Positions 20,335-30,140 of a stretch of DNA of 64,000 nucleotides are shown here, piece after piece. The stretch covers positions 143,217-207,216 of the forward strand of contig CBFHOE010000006.1 of NCBI GenBank assembly GCA_965657355.1, in the 5' to 3' direction. The notes beneath the pieces are model-generated. The model searched no databases and was not told where the DNA came from. It saw only the letters and a program-made list of their open reading frames with translations. How positions within the stretch are numbered: the stretch's first letter is position 1; each line of letters starts with the position of its first letter. The DNA comes from Limisphaerales bacterium. GTDB lineage: Bacteria; Verrucomicrobiota; Verrucomicrobiia; Limisphaerales; JAJOIW01. Position numbers and translations under genes: made by a program.

Positions 20335-23121
20335 ATGGAGATAAAACAACTCAAACTCGATCAAACACTGAGCCAGGCTGAAATTATCAAGCGGCTAAAG
20401 GATTATTTGAAACAAGTTTCGGCTGAACTCCGGGACGCCCACAAAGGCCCCCTTGGAGGAATGGGTAGCTGCCAATTAAGAGCTGAAAAATTAGATTATC
20501 TCTTTAGGGCTGTCCTCTCTGTTTTGCCCGAAACAAAAGATGGTAAGGTCGATGAGTTGCCTATTTCCGTTGTTGCTGTCGGTGGCTACGGGAGAGGCGA
20601 ACTCAACCCATTCAGCGACATTGATATTTTAATTCTACACCCACCCGGAATGCTCAATCAGAATATGCCGGACAATGAGCTCACCTCAATTACCGATGGG
20701 ATTCTTTACAAGCTTTGGGATTGTGGCTTGAAAGTTGGACACGCCGTCAGAACCATAGACCAATGTGTGCATCACGCTAAAGAGGAGATGCAGTCTATGA
20801 CGGGTCTATTAGAGGCGCGATTTATTGGTGGTAATAAAAATCTCTTTGAGAACTTGGAAGCAGCCATTATGAAGAAATGCATTTCAGGATTCGAAGATGA
20901 GTATATGGAGATGCGGCTCAAAGACCAAACAGAGAGAAGACATAATTATGGCGGTTCTCCATTCCTTCAAACCCCAAATGTAAAAAATGGATGTGGAGGA
21001 TTGAGGGATTTTCAAAACTTACTCTGGATGACTTATTTTAAGTTTAGATTGAGAAGGCTTGAAGACCTCGTTGATAAAAAGGCACTGACTCTGGACGAAT
21101 GCGAAAAACTAAAAGCAGCTTACGATTTTCTCTTAAAAGTAAGGTCTGAACTTCATTATTTGGAAAACCGTCCCATAGATACTTTGGAAAGGGCGAATCA
21201 ACATCAATTAGCCAAAGCCCTTAAATACCCGCAAAGATCCATGGTGCGTCTGATAGAAGCTTTCATGCACGATTATTATGTGCACGTGAGAAACATTTTT
21301 CTTATTTCCAGAACAGCAGAAAAAAATCTGGCTATAATAAAGCACAAAAACATTCTGCCTACTTTTAAACAAGTTATCAAAAGTAGATCAAAAGCAGCTA
21401 GAAAACAGGCTATTGATGTCTTTATTGTCTCTGAAGGTCATTTAGAATGCCCAAAATATCAGGATGTCGTCGATCAACCGCAAAAACTAATGCGGTTGTT
21501 TTTGTACGTGCAAAAATTAGGACTAGACCTTCACCCTTCACTGGAATCCTCTATACGTAACCACGTCAAGGAGCTAGGCACGGAATTCCAATCAGATCCT
21601 CAAATTATCGAAACTTTCCTTGAGATAATAAACAAGAGAGGAAGCGTCGCTCCAATTTTACGAATGATGCACGAACTTGAGGTGCTCGGTAAATTCCTCC
21701 CAGAATTTGGTAAAATGACCTGTTTGGTCCAACATGAATTTTTACATCAATACACAGCGGATGAACACACACTCGTCTGCATCGAGCACCTCGATAAAAT
21801 ATGGTCCGCAAAAGACAAACCTCATGTCAAATACCAAGATGTATTTCGCGAACTTGAAAATCCATTCGAGATTTATCTCGCTTTATTACTTCACGACTGT
21901 GGAAAGGCCGCCCAAGGAAAAGCGCATGAAATTGTAGGTGCCAGAATGATGAATAGAGTAGGGAAAAGATTCGGACTTAAGAAAAGTAGTCTGAATAGAA
22001 TCTCTAAAGTCGTTGAACATCATCTTCTCATTCCAGTGATTAGCCAAAGGAGAGATTTAGACGATCCAGACGTCATTGAAGAGGTCGCTGGGATTTTAAA
22101 ATCAAGAAGACTACTCAGAATTCTTGCGATTCATACTTTCTGTGATTCCATGGGGACCAGCTCTTCGCTCTGGAACGAATTTAAAGATATGCTTCTTTGG
22201 CAACTTTACCACAAAACATACAAAGTTCTGGATGGCAATACTGAATTCCTCCATCTACAACAAGAAGAATACAATAACAAACTAAAGCGTATCAAACGCT
22301 TGGCTCATGGAAAATTACCTCAAGCTGAAATAAAGGCCCACTTTGATAATCTACCGGAGAAATACTTCACTTCGACTGATCCGGATGAAATCGTCCTGGA
22401 CATGGAACTTGTGAGTGACTTCTTGTCTTTGCAATTTCAAGAAAATCAAAACCCATTTAAACCTATCATTCATTGGAACCATAACGAGTCGAGAGGATAC
22501 TCAACAGTTAAAATATGCACATGGAATAGAAAGGGATTCTTCGCTAAACTAGCAGGATCCGTAAAAGTGACAGGCCTTACCATTCTTTCTGCTCAAATAT
22601 ATTCAAGGCTAGATGGTATTATTATTGATACTTTTGTCTTAGTAGATGCAACCATTGGAAAAATTCCAAATGAGAAAAAAATATTAGAATTTGATTCCTT
22701 ATTGGAAGAATCGTTGAGCCAAGACGTCCAGTTTGAAAAATTACTGAAGAAAAAAGAAAAAGCACGTCCAACCGGACAGTCTGACTTGGATGCAGTTATC
22801 GAATCCAACATCAGACTTAGAAATGATCTTTCAGAGCAATATAACGTCATCGAAGTCGTTGCACCTGATGAACCAGGCCTTCTTTTCCATTTAAGTAGTA
22901 TAATATCTGAGTTAAATCTCGATATCTGGTTGGCAAAAGTCATCACAGAAAGAGGAGCGGCTATAGATACGTTCTATATCGCTGAAGTAGAAGGTAGTAA
23001 AATTAACGATGAAGAACAGCTTGAATTTATTTTAAATAAACTCCGTCATACTCTCTCGAATGTGGTGGAATCCTTTGACCCAGAAAAAGAAACTAACGGA
23101 AATCAACTGGAAAAATCATAA
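20335..23121 (+). CDS. glnD: [Protein-PII] uridylyltransferase
   Basis: AVGGYGRGELNPFSDIDIL, KNGCGGLRD, HQYTADEH, HD domain LLHDCGK, two ACT domains. Confidence 0.96.
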   Translation: MEIKQLKLDQTLSQAEIIKRLKDYLKQVSAELRDAHKGPLGGMGSCQLRAEKLDYLFRAVLSVLPETKDGKVDELPISVVAVGGYGRGELNPFSDIDILILHPPGMLNQNMPDNELTSITDGILYKLWDCGLKVGHAVRTIDQCVHHAKEEMQSMTGLLEARFIGGNKNLFENLEAAIMKKCISGFEDEYMEMRLKDQTERRHNYGGSPFLQTPNVKNGCGGLRDFQNLLWMTYFKFRLRRLEDLVDKKALTLDECEKLKAAYDFLLKVRSELHYLENRPIDTLERANQHQLAKALKYPQRSMVRLIEAFMHDYYVHVRNIFLISRTAEKNLAIIKHKNILPTFKQVIKSRSKAARKQAIDVFIVSEGHLECPKYQDVVDQPQKLMRLFLYVQKLGLDLHPSLESSIRNHVKELGTEFQSDPQIIETFLEIINKRGSVAPILRMMHELEVLGKFLPEFGKMTCLVQHEFLHQYTADEHTLVCIEHLDKIWSAKDKPHVKYQDVFRELENPFEIYLALLLHDCGKAAQGKAHEIVGARMMNRVGKRFGLKKSSLNRISKVVEHHLLIPVISQRRDLDDPDVIEEVAGILKSRRLLRILAIHTFCDSMGTSSSLWNEFKDMLLWQLYHKTYKVLDGNTEFLHLQQEEYNNKLKRIKRLAHGKLPQAEIKAHFDNLPEKYFTSTDPDEIVLDMELVSDFLSLQFQENQNPFKPIIHWNHNESRGYSTVKICTWNRKGFFAKLAGSVKVTGLTILSAQIYSRLDGIIIDTFVLVDATIGKIPNEKKILEFDSLLEESLSQDVQFEKLLKKKEKARPTGQSDLDAVIESNIRLRNDLSEQYNVIEVVAPDEPGLLFHLSSIISELNLDIWLAKVITERGAAIDTFYIAEVEGSKINDEEQLEFILNKLRHTLSNVVESFDPEKETNGNQLEKS

Positions 23122-24275
23122 ACATTTTCAACCGCTTTTCTCGCAGCCTTTAAACAGGCCTCTCGCGAATATCCAATGCTCGTTATATGCCCCATTTTGC
23201 GCCCAACACGAGATTTGGTCTTTCCATACCAATGGATGTTAACTTTCTCATTACCAATGGATCTAGGCAGGCCTCCTGGCCAACCTTCACCATCTTTCTC
23301 TCCAAGTATATTAACCATTACAGCTTGTGGAAGAATCATCTCAGTAGAACCAAGAGGGAGACTAAGAACAGCCCTAACATGATTTTCAAATTGGGAACAA
23401 TAGCACCCTTCAATGGTATAATGTCCAGAATTGTGCACTCTTGGAGCTAGTTCATTAACTATGATTTGGCCCGTCTGAGTTTCGAACATTTCAACCCCAA
23501 ATGAACCAATACCGCCAACAGATTTGACAGCATCAACCGCGAGATCTATAGCTGTCTGTTTTTGATTATCAAACGCTTCAGCAGGGCAAACGACTTCATG
23601 GCAAATATGATCTCTCTGGAACGTCTCTACCAATGGGTAGGTCACGGTGCTTCCGTCGGTATCCGTGCATACCATGACTGCAAGTTCACGTTCAAAAGGG
23701 ACAAATTTTTCACAAAATAAAGAAACCTTACCACCGCCCAAGGTTTTCCATGCGCGGCTTATATCCTCAGGTGAAGCTACCGTGGTATTCCCTTTACCGT
23801 CGTACCCCAATTTTCTGGTCTTTAAAACTAAAGGCCAGCCAAATTTTTGACCCGCTTTTTCCAATTCTTCTTCAGTTTCAACGGAAATAAAATCTGCGAC
23901 GGAAACCCCGTTCTCAACAAGCCGAGTCTTTTGGAAATACTTGTCTTGAACTATTCTAACCGAATCCGAATTAGGCAATACGACTGTTCCAGCGTCTTCA
24001 GCTTTCTTTAGTATATCTGCTTCAACAAATTCACTTTCTAAAGTCACTACATCACAACTTTTAGAAAAATCGATCAGAACTTCCGGATCTTCCCAATCAC
24101 CAACGACAAATTCCGAAGCAATCTGAGAAGCAGGGCAATCATTTGATTTTTCAATAACCCGGGTTGACACACCGAGTTTACCAGCTGCTTGACACAGCAT
24201 TTTTGCCAGCTGGCCGCCACCAATGATGCCCAAGATGGGGATATTATTCCAATGAATTTCTCTGTCCCTCTGCAT
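23103..24275 (-). CDS. purK: N5-carboxyaminoimidazole ribonucleotide synthase
   Basis: GIIGGGQL, GYDGKG, NELAPRVHNSGH, RKMGH. Confidence 0.96.
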   Translation of the reverse strand: MQRDREIHWNNIPILGIIGGGQLAKMLCQAAGKLGVSTRVIEKSNDCPASQIASEFVVGDWEDPEVLIDFSKSCDVVTLESEFVEADILKKAEDAGTVVLPNSDSVRIVQDKYFQKTRLVENGVSVADFISVETEEELEKAGQKFGWPLVLKTRKLGYDGKGNTTVASPEDISRAWKTLGGGKVSLFCEKFVPFERELAVMVCTDTDGSTVTYPLVETFQRDHICHEVVCPAEAFDNQKQTAIDLAVDAVKSVGGIGSFGVEMFETQTGQIIVNELAPRVHNSGHYTIEGCYCSQFENHVRAVLSLPLGSTEMILPQAVMVNILGEKDGEGWPGGLPRSIGNEKVNIHWYGKTKSRVGRKMGHITSIGYSREACLKAARKAVENVYDFSS

Positions 24276-24312
24276 TGAGGATTTCGCCTTTATTAAAACA
24301 TTGATGCTACGT

Positions 24313-25422
24313 CTAGTTGACGCGCATGGGCATTATGACGTAGAGGAATGGACCATTTATTTTGAGGACACCCGGACTCAACTGGTCCAAAAGCTCAAAA
24401 TATACCTCGTCATCTTCTACAATTTTAAGAGGATCTATGAGAAAAGATGGATTGAAAGCCACCGATATTTCTTCTTCATCAAATTTGACAGCAAGAGATT
24501 CTCTTACTTCTCCAACCTCTGGTGCATTTGCTGTAATTGTTAATGAATTAGAGGCAAAAGTCATCTTGACCGAGTTCGATTTGTCGCTGGTCATCAATTC
24601 GGCTCGCCTAAGAGATTGCATGAATTCTTCACGCATGATCGAAATGCGGTGTTTGACTTGCTTAGGTATAACCTGCCTATAGTTCGGATATTTACCATCA
24701 ACCAGCTTCGCCAAAATTTTGGTAGGATTAACAGACTCTCCAGAGAGAGAATACTGAACATGCGTCTCTGAAAATGAAATTTGAACCTGACCGCTATTGC
24801 CAAGCAACCGACCGAGCTCAAGAATTGCTTTAGTCGGGACAACGGCATCAACATCGACCTCGTCAGAATCTTTTAGTTCTTTATCAACCATGGCCATTCT
24901 CCGACCGTCAGTGGCAACCATGGTGATTTTGCCCTCTTTGACGGAATGAAAAATACCATTGAGAATATGCCGAGATTCATCACTTGAAATAGCGTATTGA
25001 GTTTTCTTGACCATATCCTTGTAGTCCTCTTGTTCCAATACAAAGTTCTTAACATCTTCTGGACATTGAGGGACTGGATATTCAATAGAGGGAATGCCTT
25101 TGAGTTTAAAAAAGGAATTACCACACTGAATTGAACATTGGTCCTGATCAGAAATCGATATACTGATTTCGCCTGCAGGCAATTCTTTGGTAATACCAAA
25201 CAATTTTTTTGCTGGAAGGGTGATTTCTCCACCGTTTTCTATTTTGGCAGGGATTTCGCAGACCACTGAGACTTCGAGGTCAGATCCAGTTAATTCCAAT
25301 CTTTCGCCATCGGCTTTCAGGAGAATATTTGACAATATCGGTCTATTGGGCCTATTGCTAACGACACTCTGCACAGCTTGCAGACCCGAGACCATATCTT
25401 CTTTTGCTACGGCTAAATTCAT
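24313..25422 (-). CDS. dnaN: DNA polymerase III beta sliding clamp
   Basis: ILSNILL, VATDGRRM, GKYPNYRQVIP, VIMPMRV. Confidence 0.97.
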   Translation of the reverse strand: MNLAVAKEDMVSGLQAVQSVVSNRPNRPILSNILLKADGERLELTGSDLEVSVVCEIPAKIENGGEITLPAKKLFGITKELPAGEISISISDQDQCSIQCGNSFFKLKGIPSIEYPVPQCPEDVKNFVLEQEDYKDMVKKTQYAISSDESRHILNGIFHSVKEGKITMVATDGRRMAMVDKELKDSDEVDVDAVVPTKAILELGRLLGNSGQVQISFSETHVQYSLSGESVNPTKILAKLVDGKYPNYRQVIPKQVKHRISIMREEFMQSLRRAELMTSDKSNSVKMTFASNSLTITANAPEVGEVRESLAVKFDEEEISVAFNPSFLIDPLKIVEDDEVYFELLDQLSPGVLKINGPFLYVIMPMRVN

Positions 25423-25439
25423 CTTCTGATACTTTCTGA

Positions 25440-25662
25440 CGATATAATAAAGATTTCTTTTTTAATTAAAAAGAAACTTATTATTAGTCCCTGTTGATAT
25501 GTGAATAAAGGAGAATCTTCTTCTCAGTCAATGAGTTAATCAGATTCTGCAATGTGTAAAAGTCATCCAAAATCTTAAGGAGTTCTAGCCAACAACCTTA
25601 TTCATTAAAACGACAGCTTAAAAAACGCGGTTATACTGCGCTTACTCACAGCTTACTGACAT
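25440..25662 (-). other. Probable oriC core (DnaA boxes + DnaA-trios + AT-rich unwinding element)
   Basis: Minus strand TTATTCACA-TATCAACA-GGGAC-TAATAATAA then an A/T tract (25508 to 25440); weaker boxes TTACTCACA 25642 and TTACTGACA 25653. Confidence 0.75.
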
Positions 25663-25677
25663 TTGACAGAATTTCCG

Positions 25678-26826
25678 TTAATCCTTGGAAATTTGAATGA
25701 TTTTTGGGAGACAATTGAGTAGATGTTGGATCTCATCTTCTGTGTTTTCCCGTCCCATTGATATCCTGACTAAAGCGCTGGATTCTTCCCTAGTCGCTCC
25801 CAAAGCTTCGATTACATGAGAAGGTTCTATAGATCCAGCGGAGCAGGCAGACCCACTGGATACGCAAACGCCCTCCAGATCAAAGTTGGCAATGAGCATC
25901 ATCCCATCGGATTCTTTAACCGTAAATGAAAGCGTGTTGCTGAGGCAATTTTCCATTGGGCTTCTGCACGTAACGCCAGCGTGGTTGTTAATTTCTTCAG
26001 CAATTTTCTCCTTCCATTCAAGAATATTTTTTCTTTGAAACACCGGATGCACAGTAAAATTTTCTATGGCATACGTTAGGCCAGCTATGTTTGGCAGATT
26101 TTCCGTGCCTGCGCGTCTCTCGTTCTCATGACCACCTCCGAATATTATAGGGTGGGGAAGTAGTGGGGACTTTATGTAAAGAGCCCCAGATCCTTTTGGT
26201 CCATGAAATTTGTGACCACAGACAGAAACGAGATCTGCATTGAAAATTGATATGTTTTCCACAGGCTCTTTTCCGAACCATTGGACGGCGTCGGTATGAA
26301 ATAGGACCTCTTTATCCCGGCAAACTTTTCCAATTTCATGAATGGGTTGAATGGTCCCAATCTCGTTATTCGCCGCTATGATGGAAACGAGCACCGTGTC
26401 TGATTTAATTGCCCTGGAGACATCCTCTGGATCCACGAAACCATCAGGAGATACGTCAACTCTGGTGATGGAATAACCCTCGTATTTCTCTAAGTATTCG
26501 AGTGCATGTAAGACAGCATGATGCTCAATTTTAGAGGTGACAATGTGTTTTCCTTTTTCTCTTAATAACCGAGCGGTGCCAACTAGCGCTAAGTTATTAC
26601 TTTCAGTTCCTCCGCTTGTAAAAACGATTTCACTCGGTTTGCATTGCCATACCTTTGAAACCCTATCACGATAGTCATCCAGTAAAAAGCGAGCACGTTG
26701 TCCAATGTGATGAACACTAGATGGGTTGCCATGCTCAGCCTTCAACACCTTAACCATTTCATCTGAAACGTCATTATCCAAAGGTGTCGTAGCATTATAA
26801 TCAAAGTAATATGAAGGTTTCATCAT
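25678..26826 (-). CDS. Cysteine desulfurase (IscS/NifS family)
   Basis: YFDYNATTP, FTSGGTESNN, GHKFHGPKG, SSGSACSAG; start moved to M61 (26826) to avoid the uppP overlap. Confidence 0.95.
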   Translation of the reverse strand: MMKPSYYFDYNATTPLDNDVSDEMVKVLKAEHGNPSSVHHIGQRARFLLDDYRDRVSKVWQCKPSEIVFTSGGTESNNLALVGTARLLREKGKHIVTSKIEHHAVLHALEYLEKYEGYSITRVDVSPDGFVDPEDVSRAIKSDTVLVSIIAANNEIGTIQPIHEIGKVCRDKEVLFHTDAVQWFGKEPVENISIFNADLVSVCGHKFHGPKGSGALYIKSPLLPHPIIFGGGHENERRAGTENLPNIAGLTYAIENFTVHPVFQRKNILEWKEKIAEEINNHAGVTCRSPMENCLSNTLSFTVKESDGMMLIANFDLEGVCVSSGSACSAGSIEPSHVIEALGATREESSALVRISMGRENTEDEIQHLLNCLPKIIQISKD

Positions 26827-26852
26827 GGAAGTTTTGTTGTTGTATTCTCTTC

Positions 26853-27668
26853 CTAATTCAGAAATATCAGCCCTACTATGCCAACAAAAAGACAATAGAA
26901 TGCAAACCAATGTAATCTTTCCTTTTGAACTATGACCATCATTGTCTTGATTGCAAGGATGCCGGAAACAAAAGCAGTCAGCATACCTAATAACAGAGGA
27001 GTCCAATTCATAATCTCATCACCTCGGATGACATCAATTAAATCAAGAGCTGTCGCGGCAACAATCACAGGAACAGACATCAGAAATGAAAAACGTGTGG
27101 CTTCTTCTCGTTTCGTTCCAAGATAAAGCGCCATCGCAATAGTAGATCCTGACCGAGATATTCCTGGCATCATGGCAAAACTTTGCGCTGTTCCTATGGC
27201 TAAAGATTTCCACCATGTGATTCTCCCGGATTGGTTTCCTCTTATCATGGTGAATAATAGTAGAATTCCTGTGATAAGAAGCATTCCACAAGCAAACCGA
27301 GCACTCGTAAAAGCCTCTTCGATTACATCCTTAAATAAAATATAAATAATACCCGTGGGAATCATGGTCAGGGCAATATGGACTGACATTCGGAATCCTT
27401 CTTTCGCTTCGTAGTTTTCTCTCCAAGATTTGGGCTTAGAGATGGATGCTATTCCTTCGATAAGCATTTTTCTCAAATAGGAGAAAAAAATTACGGTAAT
27501 GCTTAAAACAGTCCCAAAATGAACAAAAACTTCAAATGTCGTCCCACCATACTCATTTTCTATGCCAAACAACTCTTCTCCAATTACCAAGTGACCGGAT
27601 GAGGACACTGGTAAAAATTCTGTCAATCCTTGTATTAAGCCAAGTAAAATGCCTTCCCACCAATTCAT
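26853..27668 (-). CDS. uppP: Undecaprenyl-diphosphate phosphatase
   Basis: QGLTEFLPVSSSGHL, PGISRSGST. Confidence 0.96.
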   Translation of the reverse strand: MNWWEGILLGLIQGLTEFLPVSSSGHLVIGEELFGIENEYGGTTFEVFVHFGTVLSITVIFFSYLRKMLIEGIASISKPKSWRENYEAKEGFRMSVHIALTMIPTGIIYILFKDVIEEAFTSARFACGMLLITGILLLFTMIRGNQSGRITWWKSLAIGTAQSFAMMPGISRSGSTIAMALYLGTKREEATRFSFLMSVPVIVAATALDLIDVIRGDEIMNWTPLLLGMLTAFVSGILAIKTMMVIVQKERLHWFAFYCLFVGIVGLIFLN

Positions 27669-27672
27669 ATTG

Positions 27673-27831
27673 TGTTAATAACCTGTGGAAAATGGAGGTG
27701 TTATTCACAAAAGAAAAGTTAAATTTGCCATCATTTTGTGAATAAGCCTCGAAATCGAGTTAAGTGTTTAATTTTTCCCTGTATTTTCAGATGTTGAGAG
27801 TTTGAAATCAAGATCTTGAAAATGTTGATAA
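27673..27831. promoter_or_regulatory. Second DnaA-box cluster
   Basis: TGTTAATAA 27673, TGTGGAAAA 27684, TTATTCACA 27701, TGTGAATAA 27737, TGTTGATAA 27823; each 1-2 mismatches from TTATCCACA or its complement. Confidence 0.65.
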
Positions 27832-27883
27832 ATTTTTCTTGGAATACCATCTTATGAAGTAACTCTTTAAAAAAGGCGAAAAT

Positions 27884-28315
27884 ATGGCATCAGAGTTTAA
27901 AGTGCAAAGACGGGTGGAATTCTCAGAAACGGATATGGCAGGGATAATGCATTTCTCCAACTTTTTTAAATTTATGGAAACAGCCGAACATGGTTTTCTG
28001 AGGAGTTTAGGATATTCGGTCGTCACAGAGCAAACAGATCCACCAGTTGGTTGGCCACGAGTTCATTGCGAATGTGACTATTACAAACCCGTTCGCTTTG
28101 AAGATCTCGTTAATATTCACTTGAAGGTAATTAAAAAATCGCAAAAAACAGTTAAATACCAATTCGACTTCACCCTAGATGACACTCCTGATGATTTAAT
28201 TGCCAGAGGAATCATTGTTGCTGTATGCGTTACCAAGGACCCTAAATCCAACAAAATGATTTCAGTCCCAATCCCTAAGGATATGAATAAGTCGATCGAT
28301 ATCTTTGAGAATTAA
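27884..28315 (+). CDS. Acyl-CoA thioesterase (4HBT/YbgC hotdog fold)
   Basis: VEFSETDMAGIMHFSNFF motif. Confidence 0.9.
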   Translation: MASEFKVQRRVEFSETDMAGIMHFSNFFKFMETAEHGFLRSLGYSVVTEQTDPPVGWPRVHCECDYYKPVRFEDLVNIHLKVIKKSQKTVKYQFDFTLDDTPDDLIARGIIVAVCVTKDPKSNKMISVPIPKDMNKSIDIFEN

Positions 28316-28364
28316 CGCCCATTTTTAAATTAAGATCAGCACTACGGCACTTTTTAGCGTGCCC

Positions 28365-28395
28365 AAAAAAAAGAGCGACCACATTGATCGCTCTT
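28365..28395 (-). terminator. Intrinsic terminator of the pilin gene
   Basis: Minus strand AAGAGCGATC-aatgt-GGTCGCTCTTTTTTTT. Confidence 0.75.
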
Positions 28396-28423
28396 CCGAA
28401 ATCCTTAATTGGCAATAAATTAA

Positions 28424-28852
28424 TCATCCACCACCAGAGGTTCCTGTTATTAGAGTGGATAAAGCCATAGTCCCATCAGCAGAGCCATCCATATTATCAA
28501 CAGATGCGGGAACAGATGTCGCGGTGACTTCATCTGCCACTGTGGCTCCTATGTTGTATGTTTCACCAACAACCGATTGTGGTACGGCGCCACCCTTTAA
28601 GTATGCATAAATAGCAGCATCAGATGAAGATGAATCAGCGGCAGGACCCAATCTGTTTTCCAGTGCCCATTGTTGTTTGGCAGCATCAATCATTCGCAGA
28701 TTATTATAGATTGATTGACGTTGGGTAGTCTCACGTGCTTTTACAAAATTAGGCACCGCGATTGCTGCAAGCAAACCAATGATCGCCACGACGATCATAA
28801 TTTCCACTAGCGTGAATCCTTTTTTATTATGATTTTTAGTTTTAATTTGCAT
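28424..28852 (-). CDS. Type IV pilin / pseudopilin with N-terminal methylation site
   Basis: KKG|FTLVEIMIVVAIIGLLAAIAVPNF; NNLRMIDAAKQQWALE. Confidence 0.92.
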   Translation of the reverse strand: MQIKTKNHNKKGFTLVEIMIVVAIIGLLAAIAVPNFVKARETTQRQSIYNNLRMIDAAKQQWALENRLGPAADSSSSDAAIYAYLKGGAVPQSVVGETYNIGATVADEVTATSVPASVDNMDGSADGTMALSTLITGTSGGG

Positions 28853-28959
28853 ATTCTTCCTTAATTATAAGATAATCTCCACTTATCCCATCGGAAGGTT
28901 TTCGCATTCCTAAACAATTTTTTTCGAAACCTAGAAGTTCTTGGAAACTCTCAACTTAT

Positions 28960-29003
28960 GAATAATAACCTAAATTCATAGGAATAATAACCTAAATTCA
29001 TAG
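28960..29003 (+). repeat. Perfect 22-bp tandem duplication
   Basis: GAATAATAACCTAAATTCATAG twice. Confidence 0.9.
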
Positions 29004-29130
29004 GGTTCAATCGCATACAAAAGTAACCTTTTGACTATTAATTAACAAATTGCAGACCGTGAAGGGTTGAATTCACTGTCTCATTTCAATACCTTTTAGT
29101 TAAAATAGAGTGCAAAAAACAAAAAAGCAG

Positions 29131-30087
29131 ATGATCGACTGGAATCATGGGAAATGGTTTGTCGCGGGACACAGAGGATTGGCAGGCTCTGCTTTGCTAG
29201 CAAAATTAGGCAAAAAATCGGTCTCAGAAAATAACCTCGTATTGCGCTCACGTTCTCACCTAGACCTTAGGGATAAAAAGGAGGTTATGGATATGTTCAA
29301 GTCCGAATCACCCGACTATGTCATCATAGCTGCAGCAGTAGTCGGAGGCATAGATGCCAATAGAAAATATCCTGTCCAATTCTTAAAGGATAACCTTGAG
29401 ATTCAAAGTAATATCATCGTCTCCGCGCATGAGACAGGAGTTAAAAAACTTCTCTTTCTAGGAAGTTCTTGTATCTATCCCAAAAATTGCCCTCAGCCCA
29501 TGAAACCGGAGCATTTGCTGTCTGGGACACTTGAGGCGACCAACGAATGGTATGCTATCGGAAAAATTACCGGAATAAAGCTATGCCAGGCATATGCCAC
29601 GCAATACGGAAGCAATTTTATTTCGGTAATGCCCACAAATCTCTACGGCCCGGGTGATAATTACCACCTTAGCAACTCACACGTTTTGCCTGCGCTCATC
29701 AGAAAATTTCACGAGGCGAAAGAAAAAGGATTGGATACAGTTACCTGCTGGGGTGATGGCAGCCCGAAACGTGAATTCCTTCATTCCTCTGACTTTGCGA
29801 GTGCCTGTCTGTTTGCAATGGAGAATTACGACAATAATGAAATCCTCAACATTGGATCCTCCCAAGAGGTTTCTATCAAGGAGCTGGCGGAAACTATCTC
29901 ATCAATTGTCGGATTCTCCGGATCTATTATTTGGGATACCTCTATGCCAAACGGAACACCGAGGAAACTAATGGATTCCTCGGTCTTAAGGAACATGGGA
30001 TGGACTCCGAAATTTTCGCTGGAAGAGGGAATCAAAGAAACATATCAAGACTTCCTCAAAGGGTATAATGAAAGGTCCGTATCTTGA
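29131..30087 (+). CDS. fcl: GDP-L-fucose synthase
   Basis: AGHRGLAGSA, LGSSCIYP, YAIGK, PTNLYGPGDNY..SHVLPAL; ATG 29131 preferred over GTG 29110. Confidence 0.95.
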   Translation: MIDWNHGKWFVAGHRGLAGSALLAKLGKKSVSENNLVLRSRSHLDLRDKKEVMDMFKSESPDYVIIAAAVVGGIDANRKYPVQFLKDNLEIQSNIIVSAHETGVKKLLFLGSSCIYPKNCPQPMKPEHLLSGTLEATNEWYAIGKITGIKLCQAYATQYGSNFISVMPTNLYGPGDNYHLSNSHVLPALIRKFHEAKEKGLDTVTCWGDGSPKREFLHSSDFASACLFAMENYDNNEILNIGSSQEVSIKELAETISSIVGFSGSIIWDTSMPNGTPRKLMDSSVLRNMGWTPKFSLEEGIKETYQDFLKGYNERSVS

Positions 30088-30137
30088 CACTACTATATAG
30101 AGTAGTTTAATCTATACCTCATAACGAGATATAGGGT
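30084..30137 (+). promoter_or_regulatory. Sigma-70 promoter overlapped by tandem NrdR boxes
   Basis: TTGACA 30084-89; CTACTATATAGAGTAG 30090-105 and TAACGAGATATAGGGT 30122-137, 32 bp apart. Confidence 0.7.
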
Positions 30138-30140
30138 TTA

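Noticed and set aside
23103..23121. Convergent glnD/purK 3' overlap
   Set aside because: A 19-bp tail-to-tail overlap is ordinary.
26827..27006. 60-aa N-terminal extension of the cysteine desulfurase
   Set aside because: It overlaps uppP in another frame; the family motif starts at M61.
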